Of a stretch of DNA of 64,000 bases, positions 48,661 to 59,388 are shown one piece after another. Where the stretch lies: the NCBI GenBank assembly GCA_958296135.2, contig CATQHZ020000001.1, positions 3,232,001 through 3,296,000 of the forward strand, given 5' to 3'. The notes below the pieces were generated by a model. The model was not told where the DNA came from and did no database searches. It worked only from the letters and a program-made list of their open reading frames with translations. The stretch is from an uncultured Poribacteria bacterium (GTDB lineage Bacteria; Poribacteria; WGA-4E; WGA-3G). Both the position numbers and the translations under genes were made by a program. Each line of letters starts with the position of its first letter. Position 1 is the stretch's first letter.

Positions 48661-49881
48661 TTAAAACGCTAATTCTGTCTCCACAACCGCATCGTAGTCA
48701 ACGCCATCCACCTCAAATCCGAAGAGGTTGCGGAAACGTCGCCGGAAGCCGGCATAGTCGGAGAGTTCGTAGAAATTGTCGGTATCGATCTGTGCCCACC
48801 GGTCCGTCACCTCGGCTGTCACCTCTTCCTGCAATTCCCGGTCATCCAGCCGGATATAGCGTTCGCTATCCAGTTGGGGCTGGCGTCCGGGGCCGAGGTG
48901 CTCCGCGAAAAGCCGTTGCATCTGTTCGATCGGTGCCTCGTTGATACCCCGCGCGTTCATAATATCGTAGAGGATGCTAATATAGAGCGGCACGACGGGA
49001 ATGGCGGCGGATGCCTGCGTCACCACCGCTTTGTTCACAGAGATATAGGCGTGGCCGCCAAGTGCTTTCGCGAGGCGTTCATCCAGCGCGTCCACGCGCG
49101 CCTTCAAGTCATCCTTCGCCCTACCGATGGTACCATCCCGATAAATCGGCCAGGTCAAAACACTGCCGATGTAGGTATAGGCGACAACTGTCACTTCCGG
49201 TGCCAGCAAGCCTTCCGCTGCCAACGTAGATACCCACATCTCCAAATCCTCGCCGCCCATTACCGCGACGGTGTCGGCGATTTCGGCTTCGTCCGCCGGT
49301 TCAATTGTGACAGGGACGACTACCTCGCGATTCAGATCGATGGTTTTTCCGGTATACGGCGCGCCGATCGGTTTCAGCACAGAGAGATGCGATGCGCCGG
49401 TGCGCGGGTGGACGCGCCGGGGGGCAGCAATGCTATAGACAAGGACATCAATCGGACCGAGGTTTTCCCGAATGCAGTCCATTGCTTCACGCTTCATCGC
49501 ATCTGAAAAGGCATCGCCGTTGAGACTCTCGGCGAAAAACCCATCATGAGCCGCTTGTTGATGGAAGGCGACGGTGTTATAGTAGCCTGCTGTCGCCGTA
49601 CGGCGGCTATCCGCGGGCCGCTCGTAGAGCAGTCCCAGCGTCTTGGCACCGTAACCCCAGCACAAGGCGATGCGCGAAGCAAGCCCGTAGCCTGTTGAGG
49701 CACCGATGACGAGCGCGTTTAACCCCATTTCCTTATAGGCGCGCTTGGGATGCACGCGGTTGTCGGCAAAGCCCCGTTTCACGAGTTCGATCTGATGCTG
49801 CACGTTCGCGTGGCACCCAGCGGGATGCGCGTTGGTGCAGATAAACCCGCGGATGCGTGGCTTAACAATTTGAACTGCCAT
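48661..49881 (-). CDS. fabV: Enoyl-ACP / trans-2-enoyl-CoA reductase
   Basis: RGFICTNAHP.GC, GASTGYGLASRI, NGDAFSD, VMGGED, Y..GTIG.AK, LFGF. Confidence 0.95.
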   Translation of the reverse strand: MAVQIVKPRIRGFICTNAHPAGCHANVQHQIELVKRGFADNRVHPKRAYKEMGLNALVIGASTGYGLASRIALCWGYGAKTLGLLYERPADSRRTATAGYYNTVAFHQQAAHDGFFAESLNGDAFSDAMKREAMDCIRENLGPIDVLVYSIAAPRRVHPRTGASHLSVLKPIGAPYTGKTIDLNREVVVPVTIEPADEAEIADTVAVMGGEDLEMWVSTLAAEGLLAPEVTVVAYTYIGSVLTWPIYRDGTIGRAKDDLKARVDALDERLAKALGGHAYISVNKAVVTQASAAIPVVPLYISILYDIMNARGINEAPIEQMQRLFAEHLGPGRQPQLDSERYIRLDDRELQEEVTAEVTDRWAQIDTDNFYELSDYAGFRRRFRNLFGFEVDGVDYDAVVETELAF

Positions 49882-49888
49882 AGTTCCC

Positions 49889-50350
49889 TTAACCCTCAAT
49901 TTCCACGACTATCTCAACTTCAACGGGAATGCCACCGGGCAGCTGCACCATGCCGACAGCAGACCGGGCATGCTTGCCTTTGTCGCCGAAGACCTCAACG
50001 AAGAAATCGGAGGCACCGTTGACGACAGCCGGCTGCTCGGTGAAATCGGGTGCCGAGTTGACGAACCCAACGACTTTCACTACCCGTTTAATCCGGTCCA
50101 AATCGCCAAGCGCGTGTTTGAGGGTGCTCAGCAAACCGATGGCAACCTGTCTAGCGGAGGCGTATCCCTCTTCAACCGTCGCATCCGTGCCGAGTTGGCT
50201 TTTATAGATTTTTCCCTCGCCGGTGCCGGGGCCATGCCCGGACGTGAACACCAAGCTGCCTGTCTGCACCGTTGTGACGTAGTTGGCAACGGGAACCGCG
50301 GGAGGCGGTAATGCCACCCCTAATTCTTCAAGCCGTTTTTCTATTTTCAT
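49889..50350 (-). CDS. RidA/YjgF family protein
   Basis: PVANYV, FTSGH, VVNGASD, GKHARSAVG, LP...PVEVE; start ATG 50350. Confidence 0.93.
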   Translation of the reverse strand: MKIEKRLEELGVALPPPAVPVANYVTTVQTGSLVFTSGHGPGTGEGKIYKSQLGTDATVEEGYASARQVAIGLLSTLKHALGDLDRIKRVVKVVGFVNSAPDFTEQPAVVNGASDFFVEVFGDKGKHARSAVGMVQLPGGIPVEVEIVVEIEG

Positions 50351-50464
50351 AATGATATAACGTCTCCTCTCAACTGCCGCAAACGCGGCTTTTTTTGCAT
50401 CTATTTCTATTATTAAACAGCATTTCGCGAATTTTTTCAAGGAAATTTTATTTTAAAAATTTAT

Positions 50465-50493
50465 TTGCATTCGCTTGCAAAATGTGGTATAAT
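50465..50493 (+). promoter_or_regulatory. Strong sigma70-type promoter with no downstream CDS
   Basis: TTGCAT-17nt-TATAAT with extended -10 TG and an AT-rich upstream tract. Confidence 0.7.
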
Positions 50494-50499
50494 TATTAG

Positions 50500-50555
50500 G
50501 TGCGCAGAGCCTATACTGGACTGGAGCCGTTGACTCTCCGGTCCAGTCTGCGCAC
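50500..50555 (+). ncRNA. Candidate small hairpin RNA
   Basis: 8-bp plus 12-bp stem with a 7-nt bulge, beginning at the predicted +1 of the promoter. Confidence 0.4.
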
Positions 50556-50599
50556 ATTCCCGCTAGGCGCGCTAGGACAAGCATCCCGATAAACAACTT

Positions 50600-51052
50600 T
50601 CATTGTGAGCTCCTTTTCACTTCTGCCCACTGCGTGGTAAGCCATTGTGGCTACGATGAAACCGGCAATGCGAACGCCAGATCAAACCAAGCGGGCAGCG
50701 TATTCGCTTGAGTAAAGAGTCCTCCCTGCGTGAGTTGTTCCACCGTACTGTCTGCCACTGACGTTTTGAAAATCTGGAATCGCCCGATTTCATCCGCCTG
50801 GACGTAGTCTCGGACACAAACAGAACCTGCTCACCGGTGGGAGACTAGGCGGGATGGAAATCGTCGTCGGGTTGCGCTGTCAAGTTGGTTTCGTCACTCC
50901 TGTCTGGCTCCACCACATAGGTGCCGGTTTGTTCCCGTCCAGCCGCGAGGAGGTAAAGGCGATTTGGGCAGTGGCGGGGGCTTTTGACAAAACGGGACAA
51001 ACGCTCGCAATCCACAAGAAACTGAGAAGGAAAAAACACTGAGAAGTTTCAT
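50600..51052 (-). pseudogene. Decayed TolB-like PD40-repeat secreted protein
   Basis: RBS AGGAGG and MKLL start; fragments KAPATAQIAFTSSR, TNLTAQPDDDFHPA*SPTGEQVLFVS (W to stop), WFDLAFALPV and LTTQWAEVK lie in different frames. Confidence 0.8.
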
Positions 51053-51268
51053 GCATATTCCTCCTGCATTAAGTATAGCCAAACTGCACAAAAAAGTCAA
51101 AAGTTTTTTCGTGCCAAAAATATGAAAATGTGATAAAATGTTTACAGACTTAAGAAATGCCAAACCAGTTGCCACGCCTCCCAAAGCACTTTAACTGGAG
51201 CAGGCACCAACAACCGGTAGGCGCGCTTTCAAAGCGCGCACACTGGTGGACAGGAATTAGGACGGAGG

Positions 51269-53494
51269 ATGTTGATGATAATCGCAGTCGATGAATATTA
51301 TAAAGAGAAAAGGAATCAAACCGAACGCCAACTGCGCGCAGTAGTTGAGCAGAACACACCGCAGGAGCTCAAGGAACCCCTATTCCCACAGGACAAGCCG
51401 GAGGCGTTCACGTTTTGGCTCAACAAAGAGAGCATTCAACGCCTGAATCTCTGGGAGTGGTTTCGGAACTACGCAAAGGAAGCCCGGGTCTCAACCGCTG
51501 GCATCCGTGGTCCTCAGAATATCTTATACCCCTGGGACACGCGCTTCCCGATTAACCAAATCGGCATCGCCTTAGCAACGCTCGGAAAGAGTCTCGTCGC
51601 CAAAGAAGCGGCGGCAGGAAAACCTGTCGAGAAACTCGCCGGATGTGAATCGCGCTATCACTCGCAGAAATATGTGGAACTCATCGCGCGCATCCAAGCG
51701 GCACAAGGCATTCGCACCTACGTGCCCAAAGCATCCGGCGTGCAAATGCACGCACCGAACGTTGGCTTTGGTACACTGCCCATCTGGATGGCATCGTTCC
51801 TCATCTTCATGCTGGATCTAGCGGGCGGCGAGCATGTCACCTCCAGTCATTCTGTTAGCACGAAGAACGCCACGAAGGACCTCAACACTCAGGGCAGCCA
51901 GTATCTGCCGGAGGAATCGATGCGGTTCGTCAACAAAATTGAGGAGATCCTTAAAACCGCCGAGGCGCGCGGCTACGCCATCTGCTTCAGCGCGATAGAT
52001 GATGAACACATCGATTTTGAACGGATGGCGGCGCTCCACAACGGCGTGAAGCCGTATCTCGACTATCTCAAAACGGGGGTGGCAACAAAGGCAAATCTGG
52101 TTCTCATTCGCTCGGCAAAACCGGCCATCGTCGTGGATTGCGTCGGCGGATGCATGTATCGTCCAATGCGCGCTATCTTCGAGCAGTTGCGCATCGCCGA
52201 TTCTATCGCATGGCTCCACATTGAGCCGGACCCGCTCTATCACAACATCGGCAAACTGGACAGACACCCTAAGACAGGCGCGGCGGAATTTTACGACCTG
52301 GGATGTGACTTCAGCCTCCTCGATGTTGTGAAATCGGCGGACTACGGCCAGAAATTGAAAGCCCAGCCGAGCGGCACCGTCATTGAAGCCACCGACCCGG
52401 ACGGCGACAGGCTCATCGTCTGTCAAATCGAGGATGCCGCGCGCGCGGACGCGTTGGAACAACTTGGCGTAGAATTTTTAACCTTGGCCGAGAATCGCCT
52501 ACTGACGATTTACACGCCGAACCAAGCGTTTCTCATGCTCATGGATTTCCACACGAAGCAACTCCAAGCAGCGGGACTCTGGGAGAACCACCCCCGTTTC
52601 ATGATTAAAACAACACCCTCCGCACTCGCATGGGAACAGTGGGCTTCTGCCAATAACGTGCGCGTGATTAATGTCCCGGTCGGTTTCAAAGAGATCGCCG
52701 CGGTAATGAAGAAGATTGAGGCGCAACTCGCCGCGGCACCAAACGCGCCTGTCGTTGTAGAAGATGTCTACGGCGAGACGATTGCTCTCGGCGTGCAACC
52801 GCGGCTCCTTTTCGCCGGAGAAGAGAGCGGCGGGATGATTACCGGGCCCGAAGAACCCATTCGGAGTCAAGGCGGCCGCACGGCACTAGCTATGCGTGAA
52901 AAATCGGCAGGCGAGGCGATGGTGCTGGTTACCGCACTCGCAGCGCATTGCAAACAGACAGGCATCACACTCTCAGACTATCTCGCCGCCGTTTTTACCG
53001 AGCACCGCATCACGGCGACGTGCGATGTGCGCGAGGACATCACCTATTACAACGAATCTGAACCCGATCCGGAAAAACTTCGGGCGGCGAAGCAGGAAGG
53101 CGAGGCGAAGCGCGATAAGAACGATCTGTTTTTCCTCGGCATCGCTATTGCGCTGCGCGAAGCGAAAATCGACACGGCGCAGGCAAGGGAGATTCTCGCC
53201 GATGCACTGCCGACACTCGATTTCACGACGCTGGAGGATGTCCGCTTCGTCGGCGATGGGACCTACCTGAAGTTCCGGGATAAGTTCGTTGAGGTGCGCA
53301 AGTCAGGCACCGATGCAAAGACTAAGGCTTACGCATCCGGCGTAGATAAGACAGAGTGCCGGCGTTTCGCGAAAGCCTTCGGCGAAACAAGCGGCGAGTT
53401 AACCGAACTTTATGAAGCAAGGATCAGTCACACTTATTTAGCGAAAGTTGAAGAGAAAGCGCGTCGGATTTATGACGCGTTTCAGTCGGATTAG
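51269..53494 (+). CDS. Phosphoglucomutase/phosphomannomutase-like protein (divergent)
   Basis: STAGIRG, TSSH (phospho-Ser loop), DPDGDR, PVGFK, GEES, RKSGT. Confidence 0.85.
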   Translation: MLMIIAVDEYYKEKRNQTERQLRAVVEQNTPQELKEPLFPQDKPEAFTFWLNKESIQRLNLWEWFRNYAKEARVSTAGIRGPQNILYPWDTRFPINQIGIALATLGKSLVAKEAAAGKPVEKLAGCESRYHSQKYVELIARIQAAQGIRTYVPKASGVQMHAPNVGFGTLPIWMASFLIFMLDLAGGEHVTSSHSVSTKNATKDLNTQGSQYLPEESMRFVNKIEEILKTAEARGYAICFSAIDDEHIDFERMAALHNGVKPYLDYLKTGVATKANLVLIRSAKPAIVVDCVGGCMYRPMRAIFEQLRIADSIAWLHIEPDPLYHNIGKLDRHPKTGAAEFYDLGCDFSLLDVVKSADYGQKLKAQPSGTVIEATDPDGDRLIVCQIEDAARADALEQLGVEFLTLAENRLLTIYTPNQAFLMLMDFHTKQLQAAGLWENHPRFMIKTTPSALAWEQWASANNVRVINVPVGFKEIAAVMKKIEAQLAAAPNAPVVVEDVYGETIALGVQPRLLFAGEESGGMITGPEEPIRSQGGRTALAMREKSAGEAMVLVTALAAHCKQTGITLSDYLAAVFTEHRITATCDVREDITYYNESEPDPEKLRAAKQEGEAKRDKNDLFFLGIAIALREAKIDTAQAREILADALPTLDFTTLEDVRFVGDGTYLKFRDKFVEVRKSGTDAKTKAYASGVDKTECRRFAKAFGETSGELTELYEARISHTYLAKVEEKARRIYDAFQSD

Positions 53495-53658
53495 AAATGC
53501 AGTCCATACGAAGATTCAGGAAATAACCCGGTCATTTCTAGCACGGGAGACAGGCGGATAGAGACAGCCGCCCTTACACGCTCGGCGCACGCATTCCGAA
53601 AATGACCTTTTTAATTATTGAAACTTCATTAGGACCGCAAGGTTTATAGGAGATTACC

Positions 53659-54732
53659 ATGGCAAGAACGATTATCACCCTTTTCACTCTGGCTATCGGC
53701 GTTGTGTTTTTATTCACACATGCCACAGCCGAAGCCAAGTGGAACTCCCTGCATGAAGTGCTCGACGAAAACGGAATGGGCACCATGCTACAAGATGTGC
53801 ATTTCACTGACTCCCAAAACGGACTAGTCGTCGGGCAGGGAGGATTAATTCTCGTGACATCCGACGGCGGCGCGACCTGGACGAAAATGGACGTGGATAT
53901 GAGCCCACCCGGCGCAGGACAGCGGCCCGGCGGCGGCCCACCCGGTGGTTTCGGGCGCGGCGGCCCCCCAGCTCTCTACAACATCTACTTTGTCGATGAA
54001 AAAGTCGGATTCATCACCGGAAGCAGAGGCACTATTCTGAAGACTGAGGATGGCGGCAAAACGTGGGCGCGTAAAATGGCGCGGAGTGCCGCCAGCAGCC
54101 AAGGCGAAAACCAGCGGCCCCGGCCAATGCGTGCCAATTTGATGGGTGTCCAGATGCTGAACGCCGATGTCGGTTTCATCGCAGGTTCGGAGAATACTAT
54201 TCTCAAGACGACAGATGGCGGCGAGACCTGGGTAGGCAGCTCGCAGCGCGCCCGCGTCGGCGAAACTCGCAATAACCTTGAGAATATATGGTTTGTTTCA
54301 CCGACAGACGGCTGGATTGTCGGTTCATTCGGAACACTCCTCCACACAGCCGATGGCGGCGAAACGTGGGAAAAACGAAACGCGGGCTTTGATAACAATC
54401 TGTTCGGCATCCACTTCATCGATGCTAACACGGGGTGGCTCTGTGGACAGGAGGGGTTAATTCTCCACACCACCGATGGCGGCACCACGTGGACGCAACA
54501 GCAGACCGGAGCCGAAGAAGATCTCCTTGACATCGTCTTTGTTGACGCAACGGTGGGATGGGCTGTCGGTGCTTACAATGCTATTTTACACACTACCGAT
54601 GGCGGCAAAACTTGGAATGCCACCAGCGTCGGCAACGGCTTCGGAACGTTCAAAGCGGCCTCCGCTACAGATAAGGACCACTGTTGGGCTGTGGACGATT
54701 GGGGCATCATTGTCGGATATTCGCCGCAGTAA
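53659..54732 (+). CDS. YCF48/BNR-repeat beta-propeller secreted protein
   Basis: Signal peptide and six ILxTxDGGxTW repeats. Confidence 0.9.
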   Translation: MARTIITLFTLAIGVVFLFTHATAEAKWNSLHEVLDENGMGTMLQDVHFTDSQNGLVVGQGGLILVTSDGGATWTKMDVDMSPPGAGQRPGGGPPGGFGRGGPPALYNIYFVDEKVGFITGSRGTILKTEDGGKTWARKMARSAASSQGENQRPRPMRANLMGVQMLNADVGFIAGSENTILKTTDGGETWVGSSQRARVGETRNNLENIWFVSPTDGWIVGSFGTLLHTADGGETWEKRNAGFDNNLFGIHFIDANTGWLCGQEGLILHTTDGGTTWTQQQTGAEEDLLDIVFVDATVGWAVGAYNAILHTTDGGKTWNATSVGNGFGTFKAASATDKDHCWAVDDWGIIVGYSPQ

Positions 54733-54803
54733 AAAACAAGCACCGGTAGGCGCGCTTACAACGCGCGCCTACGGCGCCGCCGCACACCGATAAGGAGAAA
54801 CGC

Positions 54804-56021
54804 ATGTCACAACCAAAAAACCATAAAATTACGATGCTCGGCACCGGGCTCATCGGAATGTTCTATACGATGACGCTCCACAACCAACGCGGCGCAGACC
54901 GGGTGCACGTCGTTTATTCCCGCCGCGAAGAACGCGCGAACGCCTTCGCCGAAGAATGGAACATCCCACACGCAACGACAGACTTGGACGAAGCAATCGG
55001 CCATCCCAAAACGGATGTCGTTGTCATTGGGTTACCAAACAACTTGCATCTGGAGGCAGTGCAACGGGCCGCCGAAGCAGGGAAAGCGATTCTCTGCACA
55101 AAACCGCTCGGCCGCACCGCCGAAGAAGCGAAAAAGATGCTGGATATCGTTGAGAACGCCGGCGTTTTCGGCGGGTACCTCGAAGATTTAGTCTACCCGC
55201 CGAAAACTCTCAAGGCGTTAGAATCGGTGCAAAACGGCGCGCTCGGCAAGATTCTGTGGGTGCGTTCCCGCGAGACACACCCCGGCCCACATAGCGATTG
55301 GTTCTGGGATCTGGAGCAGGCAGGCGGCGGTGCTATCGTCGACATGGGATGTCACTGCATCGAGATTGTCCGAAACTTCGTCGGCAAGGACAACCGCCCA
55401 GTCGAAGTAATGTGCTGGGCAGATACCCTCGTGCATCCGATTGATGCGGAAGACCACGGTATCGCGCTCATTCGGTTTGAAAGCGGCGCAATAGGACAAT
55501 TTGAAGTCGGCTGGGCGTTCCGCGGCGGCATGGATTTACGCGATGAAGTCTCCGGCAGCGAAGGCACAATTTGGCTCAACCACTGGCTCCGCACCGGTTT
55601 TGAGATGTTCACCGCGGCCGGACAAGGCGGCTACGTCGCCGAAAAAGCAGAAAGCGATACCGGGTGGCTCTTCCCAGTCGGCGATGAAGTCGCAGAACTC
55701 GGCTATCGCGACATGTTTCTCGATATGTTCAACGCGATGGATGAAGGCAGGACACCGCTCGAGACCTTCTATGACGGCTACGTCGTGAACGCCATCATCG
55801 ATGCCTGCTACGCCTCGGCGAAATCCAAGCGATGGGAGCCGGTTGAACTTGAAGAATGGCGCGGTACATCCGTTGCCACCGATGCAGAGGACACAGATGC
55901 GGATGCGGATGCCGATTCCCGATACGCGCTCCTCAAAAACGAGCGGATGCCCGACGGCAGAATGAAGCGCATCTTCCGCGACCTGGAAACGGGCCAGATT
56001 ATTGAGAGGGTTGAGAATTAA
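54804..56021 (+). CDS. Gfo/Idh/MocA family oxidoreductase
   Basis: [30 protein letters not shown]. Confidence 0.92.
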   Translation: MSQPKNHKITMLGTGLIGMFYTMTLHNQRGADRVHVVYSRREERANAFAEEWNIPHATTDLDEAIGHPKTDVVVIGLPNNLHLEAVQRAAEAGKAILCTKPLGRTAEEAKKMLDIVENAGVFGGYLEDLVYPPKTLKALESVQNGALGKILWVRSRETHPGPHSDWFWDLEQAGGGAIVDMGCHCIEIVRNFVGKDNRPVEVMCWADTLVHPIDAEDHGIALIRFESGAIGQFEVGWAFRGGMDLRDEVSGSEGTIWLNHWLRTGFEMFTAAGQGGYVAEKAESDTGWLFPVGDEVAELGYRDMFLDMFNAMDEGRTPLETFYDGYVVNAIIDACYASAKSKRWEPVELEEWRGTSVATDAEDTDADADADSRYALLKNERMPDGRMKRIFRDLETGQIIERVEN

Positions 56022-56289
56022 TACCAAATCATGTCAGGACAGCCGCTATTTTTTCCGTGCATCAGTCCTCTCAGAAAACGCCCTTGGCCTTCAGGCCTTG
56101 GGCGTTTTTTGGTAGAGTTCGTCTGTCGTACCACCCCTTCAAGCCAGTTTGGAGGCAAGCGTCCAAGCTGGGATGGCGACGAGCGGCGTTCAAAACGCTG
56201 CGATTGCTAGTGCTCGAAAAAGTCAAGATCAGATGAAATCGTCCTACGTAGGAAGGCGCAACGCATGGAAAACTAATCGCCGTAGGCTA

Positions 56290-57045
56290 TCACAGCCCCG
56301 CCTTAATCTTACCCCACGCCATCGTCAATTTCCCGCGGGCCTCAACGTCCTGAGGTGTATCCATCACCTTTTGGATTTCAGCCTCAGTCAACGTTTTTTC
56401 ATAGAGCCGCACCTCGTCAATGGTGCCGGGGAAAAAGTCGGTAGGGCGGCCGAAGTCATCCCCGCCGATCCAGAGCTCCAGGGCGGACGGAGCAATGGGG
56501 ACGTTGTTCGCCGCATCGCCTTCTAACTTGCCGTTCACGTAGACCTTCATAGTTTTCCCATCGAACGTGCCGGCGAAGTGATACCATTCGCCGACTTTCC
56601 AATCGGTTGTCGTGGATTCTGCAAACGTATTGTCCGGTTTGACCAGGAAATCGATGCTGTCCTTGTTGCCGAAGTCGAAGATGACGAAGATGGAATTATT
56701 TTTCACCATCAATCGGCGGCTCGTCAGCACGTCACCGGGGCTGAACCACGCCATGAAGGTGATATTTTCCTCAATCGCGAGCTCGGCATCGTCCGCAACG
56801 ATGACGTAGTCATCCTCGCCATCAAATTCAAGTGCCATGCCGAATTTGCCGTCCACCCACTTGGGCGCGCCAGCGAATTTCCCATCATGGCCATTGCCTG
56901 TGACATCCTCAGCCGCTTTGCCGGAGCCTTCGTCGAAGGGCCAGTAAGCGACGAGCCCGTCTTCGGCAACGTTGGCAAGGCCGAGGCCTGCGATGATGAA
57001 AAGCGAAAAAAGTGATAAAACAAAAAGAATTGTGCGCATTGTCAT
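56290..57045 (-). CDS. LamG-like jellyroll secreted protein with C-terminal KLTxxWGxIK motif
   Basis: LVAYWPFDEG, GKFG.ALEFDG, WYHFAGTFDG, GTIDEVRLY, VEARGKLTMAWGKIK. Confidence 0.92.
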   Translation of the reverse strand: MTMRTILFVLSLFSLFIIAGLGLANVAEDGLVAYWPFDEGSGKAAEDVTGNGHDGKFAGAPKWVDGKFGMALEFDGEDDYVIVADDAELAIEENITFMAWFSPGDVLTSRRLMVKNNSIFVIFDFGNKDSIDFLVKPDNTFAESTTTDWKVGEWYHFAGTFDGKTMKVYVNGKLEGDAANNVPIAPSALELWIGGDDFGRPTDFFPGTIDEVRLYEKTLTEAEIQKVMDTPQDVEARGKLTMAWGKIKAGL

Positions 57046-57266
57046 TTCTCCTCAGTGAAATGTAAATTTTGGAAGACATCGCAACCGGGACTCGGTGCGA
57101 TTGCTTTTGCGGAAACGTGGCCCGCTTACGCGAAGCGACGCAGGCACGTTTTCTATAGGCATAACCGCAATCGCACCGCAATCGCACCGATTTTAGGTGT
57201 AACAGTCGCGCCTCTTGGTATGATACCCCATTTGCAGATATAATAGGGATAAAAAAGTGGAGTTGG

Positions 57267-57920
57267 CTAAACCGCGCGCTCGACCGACCAGTGTCTATCA
57301 GTGCTTTGGACGACAACTGCCCCCGCTAACTCCATCTGCCCCAACATTTCATTCACTTCAGCGATAGTGAAGGCAGCGAGGAAGGAATCGTAAAAGAGTT
57401 TCTGCTGGTAAGGCGTATCCTCGGCGGCGTATTTATCAACGAAAGCCTGCGCGGCTTCTGGCGTTTCGGGACGAATCAGGTCGCGGATTAAAACTAGCCC
57501 TCCCGGCTTGACGACGCGGCTCATCTCTTTCAGCGCGCGCAGCGAATCGTGGATGTGATGCACAATGCTGTTGGAAATGAGGCCGTCAAACGTGTTATCG
57601 GGATGAGGGAGTGCTTTGGCATCGACATGCTCAAGCGTTATCCGTTCTGCGAGTCCTGCCGTTACGACGTGACGTTTCGCGATTTTAAGCATCTCCTTAG
57701 ATAGCTCTATCGCGGTGATACGGATATCAGGACACTGCTGCGCGAGGAGGATGGGAATCTGCGCCGGTCCTGTGCCGACATCCAGAAAGTGTCCGGTCTT
57801 TGCGCCGAGTGCGAGCACGCGTTCCACGAAGGCGTTATCAACTTCGCTGTGCTCCATGGCATCGTACGCTTCGGCGGTTTCCGCTGTGTCCATGACTTCT
57901 TGTTCTAAAATTCGGTTCAT
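57267..57920 (-). CDS. Class I SAM-dependent methyltransferase
   Basis: RILEQEVMD, LDVGTGP, DAKALP, NSIVHH, KPGG; start ATG 57920. Confidence 0.9.
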   Translation of the reverse strand: MNRILEQEVMDTAETAEAYDAMEHSEVDNAFVERVLALGAKTGHFLDVGTGPAQIPILLAQQCPDIRITAIELSKEMLKIAKRHVVTAGLAERITLEHVDAKALPHPDNTFDGLISNSIVHHIHDSLRALKEMSRVVKPGGLVLIRDLIRPETPEAAQAFVDKYAAEDTPYQQKLFYDSFLAAFTIAEVNEMLGQMELAGAVVVQSTDRHWSVERAV

Positions 57921-58003
57921 GATTTGATTTCCTATCCACAAGCCAAGCGCAGAACCTATCCCGTAGGCGCGGTCTCCAACCGGGCATTGCAGCGTCTGCG
58001 CGC

Positions 58004-58810
58004 TTACAACGCGCGCCTACCAGTGAGGGAGCAGCGGTTAAGCAATTCCCTGACACTCTCCGCGTTTTGCCGAACCTGGTCTGGCTGAAATTGGGTATAC
58101 ATGCCGACTGCCATTGCGTCGGTAGGTTTCAGATTTTCTAGGGCAAATTGAAATGCCGCGCGCGGTTCGCTCCTACCGGCCGCCAGAACCTTAATAGCGA
58201 TGACAGGAACAGGAATCGCTTGAATAGCAGCAACTGCCAAATCCCGGTCCCTCGGCAGATACAACTCTCGGTGACGTGTATGATTATACAACGCACACAC
58301 ATAAAAGTCAACGTCATATCCTTCAGCATAACAGTGCTTGAGGAGGCTCGGTTCGTGCGTGCCGATGCCGACTGCACAGCCGAGCTCTCGGATAGGTTTG
58401 AGGTTCTCATGCAGTGAGGCGAGCCTGCCTTGCGCGTAGAGCTTATCGGTTGTGCCGCCGTGATGGTAGATAGCAATTGGTTTGTAGCGTGCGATAATCT
58501 CAAGGTATGCACCGAGGTCTGCGTATTCAATATCCTTTGGCGTTTGCGCTATCCACTGAAGTGTCCCCCCCGCGTTGCGGTATTCGTTGAGAGTCCGCAT
58601 GATATGTCTATCGGCGCGTGCGAGAAGCGTGTTAATCCCGCTCCGCTCCGCTTGCCGCAGGTCTGCGATGATTTGGCGGGTGGTGTAGTAATCCTCCATC
58701 TCCTGCGATTTCGCCGGGGAGTGGTGCGAGATACCGCTATACGGATTGCCGCCGATGATGAGGCGCGTCACGCGATGCGCCGCGATGGGAATTGTAGGTA
58801 TGCCCTGCAC
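58004..58810 (-). CDS. Aldo/keto-reductase-like hypothetical protein
   Basis: RLIIGGNP.SG.SH, GIGTH, IAIKVLAAGR. Confidence 0.7.
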   Translation of the reverse strand: MQGIPTIPIAAHRVTRLIIGGNPYSGISHHSPAKSQEMEDYYTTRQIIADLRQAERSGINTLLARADRHIMRTLNEYRNAGGTLQWIAQTPKDIEYADLGAYLEIIARYKPIAIYHHGGTTDKLYAQGRLASLHENLKPIRELGCAVGIGTHEPSLLKHCYAEGYDVDFYVCALYNHTRHRELYLPRDRDLAVAAIQAIPVPVIAIKVLAAGRSEPRAAFQFALENLKPTDAMAVGMYTQFQPDQVRQNAESVRELLNRCSLTGRRAL

Positions 58811-59071
58811 GGGTTATTGTTCCTTGCACGCCTTAACGTTGCGCGATAGCGTGGCACAGCCAAAGCCATCGCGCCGATTAACCAAGTAGGACAATCCTCT
58901 TCCTCGCCTACCGGGGGCGTGCTTAAGTTCTGTCACAGTTTTGCTTTTAAAAATAATAGCAATTTCTGTGCCAGAAAAAGAGAGGCGTGCAGTGCAGTGC
59001 AGTGGGCATTTTGCCCTTTATGGTGCAAAATGAGGGAAGGGACTGCACGAATTTGTGCAGCAGCGCCCTTT

Positions 59072-59383
59072 TTACGTATCCACCCGAACCTGAATCTCCT
59101 CATCTTCCACCACCACAGGATATGTCCTGATGCGGAGGCGCGGGTCGGTGTAGCACTCGCCAGTTTTCGTATCATAGGCGTAGCCGTGGACAGGACAAAC
59201 GGCGATGCCGTTCCGAATTCTGCCTCTGCCGAGGGAGCCCAGCGCGTGCGGACACGTGTTGTCAACAGCGCAAAATTCGCCGTTCTCATTGAAGATAGCG
59301 ACGCGCCTCCCGTTGACGGTGAACGCTTTCCCACGTCCTTCGCGAATCGCCGATGTTTTTGTTACAGTAATAGAGTCTGACAT
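59072..59383 (-). CDS. Rieske [2Fe-2S] ferredoxin
   Basis: CPH...L..G...CPVHG. Confidence 0.93.
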   Translation of the reverse strand: MSDSITVTKTSAIREGRGKAFTVNGRRVAIFNENGEFCAVDNTCPHALGSLGRGRIRNGIAVCPVHGYAYDTKTGECYTDPRLRIRTYPVVVEDEEIQVRVDT

Positions 59384-59388
59384 ATCTC

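Noticed and set aside
55880-55920. GATGCG-type short tandem repeat
   Set aside because: In-frame acidic low-complexity linker (DADADAD), not a phase-variation tract.
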